A DNA stretch of 32,000 bases from Candidatus Saccharimonadota bacterium (GTDB taxonomy: Bacteria; Patescibacteriota; Patescibacteriia; 2-12-FULL-60-25). The position numbers and the translations under genes were made by a program. The notes beneath the pieces are model-generated. The model was not told where the DNA came from and ran no database searches. It saw only the letters and a program-made list of their open reading frames with translations. Numbering within the stretch: the stretch's first letter is position 1; each line of letters starts with the position of its first letter. The stretch is taken from the NCBI GenBank assembly GCA_016699205.1, contig CP064964.1, forward strand, positions 960,001 through 992,000. The letters are read 5' to 3'. Below are positions 1-9,899 of the stretch, piece after piece.

Positions 1-1
1 T

Positions 2-934
2 TTTGATAAATATCTGCTGCCTTTCATCGGTGTTGCGCGAGCGATGAAGCTTGTGCCAAAAGGCACGCCGGTTTGGTCGATGATGGCGAGTTATGCCGGA
101 TTTGCGAGTTTGTTTTATTGCTGGATGCGCCCATCGACGAAGTTATTGCTTACGCTTCAGGAGGGCGATCCGTTGGAGAAGTATGCCAAGCGCTTGGGTC
201 CTTTGGGTTTTTTACAGGGCTTTTTATTCCGTCGAGCTGATCGCGTACAAGCCATTAGCCGATTTCTTGGGGAATGGGCCGTGAAGAATGGTTTTCGTGG
301 ATCTGTCGATGTTATTCCAAACGGTGTTGATATTGAGAGTTTTTCCAAATCTATCGATGCATCGCGCCGCAAACATCTCCGTGAGATGTTTGGTTTTGGC
401 GATGACGATATTGTTTTGGTGACGGCATCGCGCTTGTCTTTAAAGAATGCGGTAGATGATGTTGTGCGTGCTATGCCTGTGCTACCGGCTCGATGTAAGT
501 TTCTTGTTATCGGTGTTGGGGAAGATGACGGGATGTTGCATTCGCTTGTGGATGAGCTGGGTGTAAAAGATCGTGTTGTTTTTGCCGGCTATCGTACGCA
601 TGCAGAATTGCCAGAGCTGCTGCGCGCTTCAGAAATTTTTATCCGACCTTCTTTATCTGAGGGATTGGGTAATTCATTTTTGGAGGCGATGGCAGCGGAG
701 ATTCCGATTATCGGTACGCAAGTTGGCGGGATTCCTGACTTTTTGATCGATGGAGAGACGGGTGTGTTTTGTGAGCCGAGAAATCCGGAATCGATTGTGA
801 AAGCGGTCGATCGCTTACTCGTAGAACCGGGGCTAAGAGAGCGTGTTGTTACCAATGGTGCAAAGCTTGTGCGCGAGGGTTATGATTGGGCATCGATCAG
901 CGTAAGAATGCAGAAGCTTTTGGAGACTCTATGA
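2..934 (+). CDS. Glycosyltransferase, GT4 family (GT-B fold); 5' end runs off the window
   Basis: The frame is open from nt 2 (FDKYLLPFIGVARA precedes the listed Met at 44). It has a C-terminal Glycos_transf_1-type core (RPSLSEGLGNSFLEAMAAEIPIIGTQVGGIPDFLIDGETG). The TGA at 932-934 overlaps the next ATG (ATGA). Confidence 0.85.
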   Translation, partial: FDKYLLPFIGVARAMKLVPKGTPVWSMMASYAGFASLFYCWMRPSTKLLLTLQEGDPLEKYAKRLGPLGFLQGFLFRRADRVQAISRFLGEWAVKNGFRGSVDVIPNGVDIESFSKSIDASRRKHLREMFGFGDDDIVLVTASRLSLKNAVDDVVRAMPVLPARCKFLVIGVGEDDGMLHSLVDELGVKDRVVFAGYRTHAELPELLRASEIFIRPSLSEGLGNSFLEAMAAEIPIIGTQVGGIPDFLIDGETGVFCEPRNPESIVKAVDRLLVEPGLRERVVTNGAKLVREGYDWASISVRMQKLLETL

Positions 935-1636
935 CGATTTATACTTCCGGGAATGCTGCAAAACAGTGGATTTTAACCGAACTGCATACGCGATTTGGTG
1001 AAGCGGCTTTTAAGATTTTGGATCTCGGCTGCGGTGCAGCTGGATCATGGAAGACTTTTTTAGAGATGCATCCGCAAGCGGCGTATTTTGGATTTGATTA
1101 TGACCGAGCCGCTGTGGAAAAGGGGCGGCGTGATTTTTCTGGAATAACGAATGCTGTTTTGAAGGTGGGGGATGCGCAGACATTGTCAACGGGTGAGGCG
1201 TTTGATGTTGTGACCGCGTTTAGTGCTATCGAACATGTGGTTGATAAAGAAGCGTTTTTAAAAACGGTTTTTTCTGCATTAAAATCCGGTGGTGTGGCGT
1301 ATTTGAATTATGACGATGGGGCATTTCCGATCGACGGATATCAAGGAGCGCATCATGGTTCCGGTGAGCCAGTTATTGGCGATGATTGGTATTCAGGGTC
1401 CGTATATGAAGCATGTTGTTGATACGGAATTTTCTAAGCAGGCGGAGCAAGCGGGATTTAAGGTCATCGCTCTTCGCAAGCACAATCTCTATCCTATTAA
1501 AGGGTTTATGCGTGGAGCGTCTGAGGAGGCTGTTAAAGCCTGGTATGAATTTGAAGAGAGATTGAACGAGCTCTATACGCCTGAGCAGTTGGATAAGGTT
1601 AAATGGTCTACGACACTGGTTATAGAAAAGCCATGA
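931..1636 (+). pseudogene. Class I SAM-dependent methyltransferase with one +1 frame break
   Basis: The N-terminal part lies in ORF 886..1422 (ILDLGCGAAGSW motif I, FDVVTAFSAIEHV, LKSGGVAYLNYDDG). The C-terminal part lies in ORF 1310..1636 (HFRSTDIKERIMVPVSQLL...). Removing one G from GGGG 1318-1321 restores a single ~234-aa ORF. ATG 931 overlaps the upstream stop. Confidence 0.75.
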
Positions 1637-2767
1637 GAATTTTAATTGCCTCGGGTATTTACCCGCCAGAAGGAGGAGGGCCTTCCATTTATAGCCATGC
1701 GATGGCCCGTGCTTTGATTTCCATGGGCCACAGCGTTTCTGTTGTTGCTTACGGAGAAGAAGCGAGCTCAACGTCCGATGGTTGGCGCGTTGAGCGTGTT
1801 TCTCGTCGTGGCGGACCGATGGTCCGTTACTTCCGTTTCTTTGTTCGTGCATGGAAAGCGATGAAGTCTGCGGATGTTGTTTACTTGCAGGGCGCGGTAT
1901 CGGAAGGATTGCCGACGACGATTGCGGCGGGATTGCGTCGTATCCCGACGGTGTATCGCATTCCCGGAGATTACGCCTGGGAGATGTCGCAGCAGCGCGG
2001 CGATACGGATTTGCTCGATGCGTTTTTGGAAAAGCGGCATCGAGGTGTTATTGGTTTGTATGAACGTATTGAGCGATTTGTTGCCAAGCGCGCGAGTCGG
2101 ATTATTGCGCCAAGCAATTATTTGAAATCGGTTGCGATCCGATGGGGAATTGCATCGCCGTTTATTACGGTGATTAGAAATGCGGAAGTTGCTTTGCCCA
2201 CTGGTTTATCGCGAGAGCAAAAGCGTCGCGTTGAGCATATGGAGGGAAAGACGGTTTGTTTTACGGTTGTGCGCGCTGTGCCTTGGAAGGGCGTTGCGGA
2301 ATTGATCGAGTGGTGGAGCGGTTTGCCGGATACACATCAATTAGTAATGGCTGGAGACGGACCTGAGCTTGAGAAATGGAAAATGCTTGCAGAGAAGTCT
2401 CCGGCTGCAAATCGTATTCGGTTTGTTGGGAGGTTGAATCGTGAAGAGATTGGAAACTGGATGCGTGCATCGGATGTCTTTTTGTTACATTCCGGTTATG
2501 AGGGTTATCCGCATGTTGTCGCGGAAGCGGCATCGATGGGTGTTCCGTGCTTGGTGAGCGATCAAGGGGGGCAATCCCGAGACCAAAGAAGTTTTTGGCG
2601 ATTTGATCCAGGTTTTGCCGTATCGAAATCAGCAGGCTTGGGTTCAGGCGCTGAAAGAAGTTTCTGTTAGAACAAAGGAAGAGATTCCTGCGGCTACATG
2701 GTCGCATCGCGCGATGAGCGAGCGTGTTGAAGGCGTGTTGGTCGAGGCCGAACGAAAAGAAGGGCCG
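1633..2767 (+). pseudogene. GT4 glycosyltransferase with one +1 frame break; 3' end not defined by a stop codon
   Basis: Starts MRILIASGIYPPEGGGPSIY at ATG 1633, overlapping the upstream TGA. The motif HSGYEGYPHVVAEAASMGVPCLVSDQGG is followed by a frame switch. Dropping one G from the G6 run at 2566-2571 continues as NPETKEVFGDLIQVLPYRNQQAWVQAL in the frame of ORF 2603..3844. That frame has no stop before the next GT's Met at 2768. Confidence 0.7.
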
Positions 2768-3844
2768 ATGCAAACCCTGATGTTTTCTTTTGATCGAGCG
2801 TTGCTAGATACGGAGTCGGCATCGATGCGGCGTATTCAGGATTTGGCGGGCGAGGGGATGGTTCAGGCGGTTGTTTTGTCGCATTTCAAAACGGATGAGA
2901 TTGCGCAGGTTGATCATGTAACGGCGTATGGTTTTTCTGGATCGGGATTTATTCGTTTTTATCGTGCGATTGTGCAGGGGATTCGTATTGTTAACGCTGT
3001 ACCGAAACGAACGCTGGTTACCGCGCAAGATCCTTTTATTGCGGGGGCGGCTGCTTATCTCGTATCGAGAATCAAAAATGTTCCATTGGAAGTGCAGGAG
3101 CATGGTGATTTTTATTCTGGATATTGGAAAAAAGAATCTTGGAAGAATCGATGCTTGTCTCTTGTTGGAAGATTTGTTCTTGGGCAGGCCGAGCGCGTAC
3201 GTGTTGTTAGTGATCGTGTGAAGGAGTATTTGATTGCTGTAGGAATCAAAGCGGAGAAGATCGAGGTTATTCCGGTCGCTGTTGAGCTACCTTCCGGGAT
3301 TGTTAGGGGAGGAGGCAGTGATGTTTTTCGTTTCGTTGTTCCGTGCCGTTTTGTCGAGCAAAAAGGTTTGGATGTGTTGTTGAAAGCAGCGGCCTTGCTG
3401 AAACAGGAGAATGTTTCATTCCATCTTTCGATAATAGGCCGAGGTCCGCTGCTGAGTTCTTTGCATGGCATGATCGAGAGCAAGGGGCTGGTAAAAGAAG
3501 TTGATATTCAGGATTGGAAGGAGGGGAATGATGTTTGGAGAGATGCGGATGGCTTTGTGATGTCGTCGCGTTATGAGGGGTTTGGCCGCACGGTTCTCGA
3601 GGCGATGGCTTCCAAGGTCGCTGTTGTTGCTACGGATGTCGGTTGTGTGGGAAGTGTTTTACGACCTGGTGTTGATGGGCGAGTTGTGTCGATTGGTAAT
3701 GCGGAAGAACTAGCGGTTGCGATGAAGGCGACTATTGTCGATAAAGAATCTACAGATCGCATGATTGCGTCTGCGTATGAGCGTGCCAAGGATTTTCATC
3801 GACCAAGGCTCTTCATGAAAAACAACGCGCTGGCTGGCGTTTGA
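2768..3844 (+). CDS. GT4 glycosyltransferase
   Basis: The N-terminus MQTLMFSFDRALLDTESASMRRIQ is typical of this GT4 subgroup. The C-terminal core reads SSRYEGFGRTVLEAMASKVAVVATDVGCVGSVLRPGVDGRVV. It is in the same frame as the corrected upstream GT, so the start is chosen by homology logic only. Confidence 0.8.
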   Translation: MQTLMFSFDRALLDTESASMRRIQDLAGEGMVQAVVLSHFKTDEIAQVDHVTAYGFSGSGFIRFYRAIVQGIRIVNAVPKRTLVTAQDPFIAGAAAYLVSRIKNVPLEVQEHGDFYSGYWKKESWKNRCLSLVGRFVLGQAERVRVVSDRVKEYLIAVGIKAEKIEVIPVAVELPSGIVRGGGSDVFRFVVPCRFVEQKGLDVLLKAAALLKQENVSFHLSIIGRGPLLSSLHGMIESKGLVKEVDIQDWKEGNDVWRDADGFVMSSRYEGFGRTVLEAMASKVAVVATDVGCVGSVLRPGVDGRVVSIGNAEELAVAMKATIVDKESTDRMIASAYERAKDFHRPRLFMKNNALAGV

Positions 3845-5262
3845 TATTGAATCAGATTCTGGAAGTGCGTCCGCGATTTGATTTGTGGGTGCTTGCTTTT
3901 GTTTTGTTTGCTCTAGCAACGCGTCTTGCTTCTGCCTTCTTATTCCACAACGGATTGGTGAATCGTGAGTGGGGATTTTATACGCTGGTTGAACATTGGT
4001 TTCAGGGATACGGATACTCCTATGCAACGGAGCTCGGATGTCCGTCCGCGTACCGTTCTCCTGGCTTTCTGTTCTTTTTGACAGCTTTGTATAGCGTGAT
4101 TCGACCGGAGAATACGCTTGCACAGGCATTGATCCAGAACTTGATTGCGTGGCTTGCGTTGATTTTGGTTTATGTTGTCGGTAAGCGATTTGTTGGAAAA
4201 AAGGCTGCGCTGCTCGGGGGGGTGATGATGGCTTGTTATCCGTATACGTTTTATCATTTCACTCAGTACTATCACACGTTTCTATCGACGTTTTTTATTC
4301 TGTTTCTTGTTTGGACGCTGCTGCGTTTGAAGGAGAATAAAAAATTATCAACTGCCGTGCTCGCCGGAGCGTCGATCGGTGCTCTGGCTTATATCCAAGG
4401 CACCATTTTGCCGGCGGCACCGTTTATCGTTGCTTGGCTTTTGTGGATGTGGTGGCCGGATTGGAAGAGAACGGTGATCGTGGCGGTGATTATGGCCGTT
4501 GTTTCCGCGGGCATGATTGCGCCGTGGACGTATCGCAATTGGCAGGCGTTCCATGCGTTCGTGCCTCTGACGACGGATTTGGGGCATGGATTTTTTAAGG
4601 CGAATAATGAATATATTTACGAGATTACGAAGCGCGGATATCCGATGGAAATTGTGGATGATCCGGTTGTGTCGTCGACCAATCCGAACTACATCATGTT
4701 CACGATCCAGCCGTGGCTGCGGGAGGAATTGGAAAAAGATGGCGTATATCGCGAATCCATTTATTGGACGGAATGGCATACGAAGTATCCGGTAGGAAAA
4801 ATGGAAACCTGTTCTGAGCGCGGATTGATGAATGAAAAGCAGTTTGCGGATTATTGGGCCGGTCGATCCAAGGAATGGATGAGCAAACATTTTTGGACGG
4901 ATGCCTGGAAATTGCCACTGCAGAAATTCAAAACATTTTGGCAGCCAGGATTATTTCCAAGCGTAAAAACAGGAGCGCCGTGGTCGTTTGCGAATGATCC
5001 GACCAAGGTTTTCTTGGCGCGTTTTGCCGTCTGGTTTTCAACGCTCGTTGTCGTGTTGCTTGGTTGGCTTGGGCTTATCATCGCGATACGGCGTAAGAAA
5101 TACGAGGCGGTGCTCGTCGTGATTCTCGTCCTCGTTTACAGCTTGATGCACAGCCTGTTTGCCGGATATACCAAGTACCGCATGCCGCTCGACCATTTAT
5201 TGGCACCGTTTGCCGCCTATGTAATCGTTCTCTTGTATGAAGCTCGTCTACGTCGCAAATAG
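3841..5262 (+). CDS. Polytopic membrane glycosyltransferase, GT-C fold (ArnT/PMT-like, GT39/83-type)
   Basis: 473 aa with many hydrophobic segments and an aromatic-rich central soluble region. It has the general look of ArnT/PMT-family proteins (YPYTFYHFTQYYHTFLSTFFILFLVW). The first in-frame start is TTG 3841, which overlaps the upstream TGA (TTGA). Confidence 0.7.
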   Translation: MILNQILEVRPRFDLWVLAFVLFALATRLASAFLFHNGLVNREWGFYTLVEHWFQGYGYSYATELGCPSAYRSPGFLFFLTALYSVIRPENTLAQALIQNLIAWLALILVYVVGKRFVGKKAALLGGVMMACYPYTFYHFTQYYHTFLSTFFILFLVWTLLRLKENKKLSTAVLAGASIGALAYIQGTILPAAPFIVAWLLWMWWPDWKRTVIVAVIMAVVSAGMIAPWTYRNWQAFHAFVPLTTDLGHGFFKANNEYIYEITKRGYPMEIVDDPVVSSTNPNYIMFTIQPWLREELEKDGVYRESIYWTEWHTKYPVGKMETCSERGLMNEKQFADYWAGRSKEWMSKHFWTDAWKLPLQKFKTFWQPGLFPSVKTGAPWSFANDPTKVFLARFAVWFSTLVVVLLGWLGLIIAIRRKKYEAVLVVILVLVYSLMHSLFAGYTKYRMPLDHLLAPFAAYVIVLLYEARLRRK

Positions 5263-6364
5263 CCGATTTCCTTCGGAAAAGGCGCAGAGCGATCAGGTGA
5301 TGGCGATGTGCCGTTCTTTTGCGTTGCTTGGACATGAGGTGACGTTGCTTGTTCCTGATCGTAAGCCGGTGCAGCATGAGGACCCGTTTATTTATTATGG
5401 CGTCGAGCCTTCATTTTCTTTTAAGCGCCTTCCTTGCATCGATGGTATCCGTTGGATGTGGCTTGGACGTATCGGTCTTTGGATTCAGACATCGACGTTT
5501 CTTTGGTCGCTACGCAAAGAATTGCGCCGCTTGAAGCCGGATGTCGTGTTTAGTCGAGAGCTGTATGTGTTTGGTGTTCCAGGGATTCCGGGGAAACGTG
5601 TCTGGGAATCACATGCACTGCATCATTCTTGGTGGGCTACGAAGATCGCGAAGAGTTTGGACACGATTGTGACGTTGACGAAGGCGAGTAAAGATCGTTT
5701 GGTGGAGTCTGGCGTTGATGCCGCGCGTATCGCTGTTGAGTCGGATGCTGTTGATCCCAAGATGTTTGAACGGAAATATGATCGTTCGGAAGTTCGTCGA
5801 GAGCTGGGTATCGATGCAGATACGTATGTTTGTCTTTACACAGGCAAATTTACGACGATGAACATGTCCAAAGGTTTGGATGAGTCGATTGAGGCGATCG
5901 ACCGGCTTGCGAAGAAGGGAAAAAAGATTCTCTTGCTTGCCGTTGGAGGAACGCCGCAAGAATTGGAACGCTATTCCGTGAAAGCGGATACGAGTGTGCG
6001 GTTATTGGGGCACCAGCCGCAGGCGACGCTAGGAAAGTTTTACGCGGCTGCAGACCTCTTGTTGATGCCGTTTCCGTATACGGAGCATTACGCCTATTAC
6101 ATGTCGCCGCTTAAATTGTTTGAGTATCTCATGAGTGGCGTGCCGATGGTGGCGACGGATTTGCCGAGCGTGCGCGAGATTGTCTCGGAGGCGAGTGCGT
6201 TTATTGCCAAGCCTGGCGATATCGATTCATTGGAAACGGAGATCCAAAAAGCGATCGACAGACCGGACGAGGCTAGACAAAAGGCGCTTGAAGCAAAGCG
6301 GATTTCAGCCCACTATACTTGGATTGAGCGTGCCAAACGCATTTGCGCTATCTTATGGCCATGA
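5237..6364 (+). CDS. GT4 glycosyltransferase
   Basis: 375 aa, starting MKLVYVANSRFPSEKAQSDQVMAMCRSFALLGHEVTLLVP. The C-terminal GT-B domain contains SPLKLFEYLMSGVPMVATDLPSVREIV. It overlaps the upstream gene by 26 nt. Confidence 0.85.
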   Translation: MKLVYVANSRFPSEKAQSDQVMAMCRSFALLGHEVTLLVPDRKPVQHEDPFIYYGVEPSFSFKRLPCIDGIRWMWLGRIGLWIQTSTFLWSLRKELRRLKPDVVFSRELYVFGVPGIPGKRVWESHALHHSWWATKIAKSLDTIVTLTKASKDRLVESGVDAARIAVESDAVDPKMFERKYDRSEVRRELGIDADTYVCLYTGKFTTMNMSKGLDESIEAIDRLAKKGKKILLLAVGGTPQELERYSVKADTSVRLLGHQPQATLGKFYAAADLLLMPFPYTEHYAYYMSPLKLFEYLMSGVPMVATDLPSVREIVSEASAFIAKPGDIDSLETEIQKAIDRPDEARQKALEAKRISAHYTWIERAKRICAILWP

Positions 6365-7068
6365 TTTCATTCATTTTTCCGGCTTATAATGAGGCCGAGA
6401 ATTTGAAGCGGATCCCGAAGGAGGTGATTCCTGTTTTTGATGCTTTGGGAATGCCGTATGAGATCGTTGTGATCGACGATGGCAGCCGCGATGAAACGGC
6501 GGCTGTTGCAGAATCGCTTGGAGGTCCGGTGCGTCTTGTGAAGCATGAAAAAAATGCCGGACTCGGTTCTGCGGTGCGCACTGGTATTCGCGAGTCCAAG
6601 GGGGATTTGGTTGTGACGATGGATAGCGATTTAACTTTTGCCCCGGAACTCGTCAAAGAGCTGCTCGCACGTTATCAGCAAGGGGATGTGGATGTTGTTT
6701 CCGGATCGCCAAAGCTTGCAGGATATGGAAAAGATATTCCTTCCTACCGCATTTTTATTTCGCATATCGCGACAATGATTTACAAAGTTGTCGTCGGTGC
6801 AAATGTGACAGCGGTCAGTCCGATCTTTCGATTGTATCAGCGCGAGCATTTGATCGAGCTGCCGATTAAGGCTACGGGTTTTGATATTAACGCGGAGATC
6901 TTGTTCCATCTCGTGCGACGCGGACGTCGTGTTGCGGAAATTCCGGCGCCGCTAACGGTTCGAATTCATGGCGAGAGCAATCTGGATTACCGCAAAGAAA
7001 TGAGGCGTCATCTCCGTTTGATTGCGAGCATGCTCAAAATGCGTTTACTTGGGACGGATCGCGTATGA
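6361..7068 (+). CDS. GT2 glycosyltransferase, Dpm1/ArnC/GtrB-like polyprenol-phosphate hexosyltransferase type
   Basis: Contains MISFIFPAYNEAENL...EIVVIDDGSRDET...VTMDSDLTF (DxD-type motif), a GT-A fold signature. ATG 6361 overlaps the upstream TGA (ATGA), and I prefer it to the listed 6343 start. Confidence 0.85.
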   Translation: MISFIFPAYNEAENLKRIPKEVIPVFDALGMPYEIVVIDDGSRDETAAVAESLGGPVRLVKHEKNAGLGSAVRTGIRESKGDLVVTMDSDLTFAPELVKELLARYQQGDVDVVSGSPKLAGYGKDIPSYRIFISHIATMIYKVVVGANVTAVSPIFRLYQREHLIELPIKATGFDINAEILFHLVRRGRRVAEIPAPLTVRIHGESNLDYRKEMRRHLRLIASMLKMRLLGTDRV

Positions 7069-7778
7069 AATTGACGCGTCAAACAGCGCTGAAGATCCAT
7101 TTTATTTTGGATCAGCTTTTGCCGCCGCTTTTACGTGATGCGCAATGGTTCATGTCAATTCCGATGCGTCTGCTTTATAAAGATCGTGCACATGTTTTTT
7201 TGAACTTTAAAGAAAAGGCTTGGTCGATGACCGAGGAAGAGTTTGCTCAGGCGTATCGCGATGTCGAGCCGGTGCTGATGGAGCGCGATACGGATTTAAC
7301 GGATGAAGCGATTCATGCGGTGATGGGCGAGATTGTCGGATCTGATGTTTTGGAAGCAGGGTGCGGGAAAGGGGTATTGGTCGGAAAATTATCAGAGCAG
7401 GCGCGTGTCACGGCAACGGATATTATTATAAGCGATGAAGCAAAACGACGGGCGCCGAGTGCGACGTTTTTGGAGGCGAATGTGGAAGCGTTGCCGTTTC
7501 CTGATCGGCAATTTGATACGGTTGTATGCACGCATACGCTCGAGCATGTCCGTGATTTGGCCAAGTCTTTATCCGAGCTTAGGCGCCTCGCAAAAAAGAA
7601 GCTGGTGATCGTTGTTCCAAAGCAAAGACCGTATCGATATACGTTTGATTTGCATCTGCATTTTTTCCCGTATCGATCATCGTTGTTAGGTGCTTTTGGG
7701 AGGCCTTTGGGTACGGTTTCTTTGCGTGAAGTTGGCGGAGATTGGCTGTATACGGAGACGCTTGCAACAGAGGCCTAA
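7065..7778 (+). CDS. Class I SAM-dependent methyltransferase (Methyltransf_11-like)
   Basis: Has VLEAGCGKGVLVGKL (motif I), LPFPDRQFDTVVCTHTLEHV and a C-terminal region. ATGA overlap with the upstream gene. Confidence 0.85.
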   Translation: MKLTRQTALKIHFILDQLLPPLLRDAQWFMSIPMRLLYKDRAHVFLNFKEKAWSMTEEEFAQAYRDVEPVLMERDTDLTDEAIHAVMGEIVGSDVLEAGCGKGVLVGKLSEQARVTATDIIISDEAKRRAPSATFLEANVEALPFPDRQFDTVVCTHTLEHVRDLAKSLSELRRLAKKKLVIVVPKQRPYRYTFDLHLHFFPYRSSLLGAFGRPLGTVSLREVGGDWLYTETLATEA

Positions 7779-7799
7779 GCGCCGTAAGATGCGATACGC

Positions 7800-8874
7800 A
7801 TGAAATCGGTGTTTTTAGTGGCGGGCGCAAGGCCGAATTTTATCAAGATTGCGCCAATTTATGAGGCTTTGCGTAAGCAAGGCCTGGGTGTCGTATTGGT
7901 CCATACGGGCCAGCATTATGACGCCAACATGTCGGATGTTTTTTTAAAGAGTTGGGAATTCCTGATCCGGACATTCATTTGGGCGTTGGAGCTGGTGACC
8001 GCATCGCCCAATCACAAAGAATTACCGCTGCACTTATTCCTCTTTTGCAGGAGCGCAAGCCAAACGCGATTATTGTTGTTGGAGATGTGACTTCGAGCGC
8101 TGCCGGTGCGATGGCTGGTGTTGCTGCAAACATTCCTGTCGTGCACGTGGAGGCTGGATTACGTTCCCATAACTGGCGCATGCCGGAAGAATTGAACCGC
8201 ATGATCGCTGATCATCACTCGGATTATTTGTTTGTGTCGGATGAAGCGGGGCTCGAGCATCTTGAGAGCGAACGTATTCCAAAAGAAAAATCCATTACGT
8301 CGGCAATGTCATGATCGATTCGCTGCGTAAGGCGGAACCGATTGCGGAATCATCGACGATTCTTGAACAGCATTCGATCACGCCTCAATCGTACGGTGTT
8401 TTGACTCTGCATCGTCCTGAGACGGTTGATAGTCCGGAGACGCTTCGAGTGGTTTGGGAATCGCTTAAGAAGATTTCTGAAACGCTGCCGCTGATTTTTC
8501 CGGTGCATCCGCGCACTAAGTCGCGCATGCAGGAGCTTGCCGGCGAAAATTCCCGTATCAAGATCGTTGATCCGATTGGTTACATGGACATGATTAAGCT
8601 GGTGAAAAATTCCAAGCTTGTCCTGACGGATTCCGGCGGTTTGCAGGAAGAGACGACGGCGATGTCTGTTCCATGCATTACATTGCGCGATGAGACCGAA
8701 CGTCCATCAACGGTTGTTTATGGTACGAGTGAAGTGGTCGGTCGTGATCCCGAGAAAATTATCGAGGCGTTTGAACGTGCGATGCGAGGCGACTGGAAAA
8801 ACGGCGGCTTGCCTCCAAATTGGGATGGGAAGACGGCGGAGCGCATCGCGGAAATTTTAGCGAAACTTTTGTAA
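7800..8874 (+). pseudogene. wecB: UDP-N-acetylglucosamine 2-epimerase (WecB/MnaA/WbpI family) with two -1 frame breaks
   Basis: Three consecutive ORFs (7800.., 7952.., 8311..) concatenate into a full-length WecB-like protein: MKSVFLVAGARPNFIKIAPI...HTGQHYD...VHVEAGLRS...HRPETVD...FPVHPRT...TDSGGLQEE...TERP. The breaks are at the T7 run 7939-7945 (T8 expected, giving DVFFKELGIP) and the A5 run 8286-8290 (A6 expected, giving PKEKIHYVGNVMIDSL). Confidence 0.85.
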
Positions 8875-8877
8875 CGT

Positions 8878-9898
8878 ATGTCCAAACGTCTCTTGTTTAT
8901 CACGCCCAAGATCAACGACAAGGACGATGATGTAGCGTTTGCTGCTTTGTGGGCCAAGGGTTTCACGGATGCCGGTTTTGACGTGACGATTATTTGCGGC
9001 GAGAAAGGAGAGACGAGTTTGCCGAATGTGTACTCGGTCGAGCACAAGCAGGGCGGATCGCGCTTGGGATCGCTCATGCGTTTTTGGAAGCTGATGTTTA
9101 CGCTCAAATACGATCGGGTATTTGTGCACATGAACACGCGCTGGCTTGCGGCAGGTGCGTTGTATTGGAAGTTGAAAGGTATTCCGACGTATTTATGGTT
9201 CACGCATTACACGCGTACCGCGACGTTGAAGTTTGGCGAGATTGCGGTTACGCGATTTTTTTGCGCGACCAAGGAATCGCTTCCGCACTATGAAGGCGAT
9301 CCACGTAAGATCGTGACCGGTCATGGTATCGATACGGAATATTGGAATGTGCCGGAATTACCGGAGAGCGAGCGCAAAGATGCAAAGCATTTGTTGGCCG
9401 TGCATCGTATCTCGCGATCCAAACGGCTTGATATTGTGCTGCGTGCGCTTGCGTTGCTTCCGCCTGAATACACGCTGACGCATTATGGTCGTCCGCTTGA
9501 TCCGTCGGCGGATAATAATTATCAGGGCGAGATCGAGTCGCTTGTGAAAGATTTAGGTTTGACCGAGCGCGTGCGGTTTATGGGTTCGGTGCCGATGCCC
9601 TCGCTGCGTGAGATTTATCCGCGTTTCCGCGTGTTTATCAATTTGGTTCCAAAGACGATCGACAAGTCGGCGCTTGAAGCGATGTATTGCGGTTTGACGC
9701 CTGTCATTATTCAGGGGTCATGCAGATGCGATTGGGTATCCGGATTTTCCTAAGGATGAAACACCAGAAGCGATTGCCGAGTTTATTCTCGGGATGCGTA
9801 TTCACTCGCGCGAGGATTTGCGTTCGATTGTCGAGCGCGGGCATAGCATGAAATCGCTGATCGCCAAGATGTCGTCGTACATCATGCCGGGAAAATAA
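8878..9898 (+). pseudogene. GT-B (GT4-like) glycosyltransferase with one +1 frame break
   Basis: ORF 8878..9753 carries the GT-B body (HRISRSKRLDIVLRAL..., INLVPKTIDKSALEAMYCGLTPVII). Removing one G from GGGG 9714-9717 continues as QGHADAIGYPDFPKDETPEAIAEFILGMRIHSREDLRSIVERGHSMKSLIAKMSSYIMPGK, ending at TAA 9896-9898. Confidence 0.7.
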
Positions 9899-9899
9899 T

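Noticed and set aside
7789-7801. A small hairpin, ATGCG-ATA-CGCAT, overlapping the wecB-1 start codon.
   Set aside because: A 5-bp stem with a 3-nt loop is expected by chance, and there is no supporting context for a regulatory role.
1318-9717. Phase-variable contingency tracts (slipped-strand mispairing) in glycan genes.
   Set aside because: The runs are only 4-7 nt long, shorter than the tracts of about 8 nt or more typical of known phase-variable loci. Many breaks are not in runs at all. I keep it only as a minor alternative for the G6 run at 2566-2571, testable by read-length heterogeneity.
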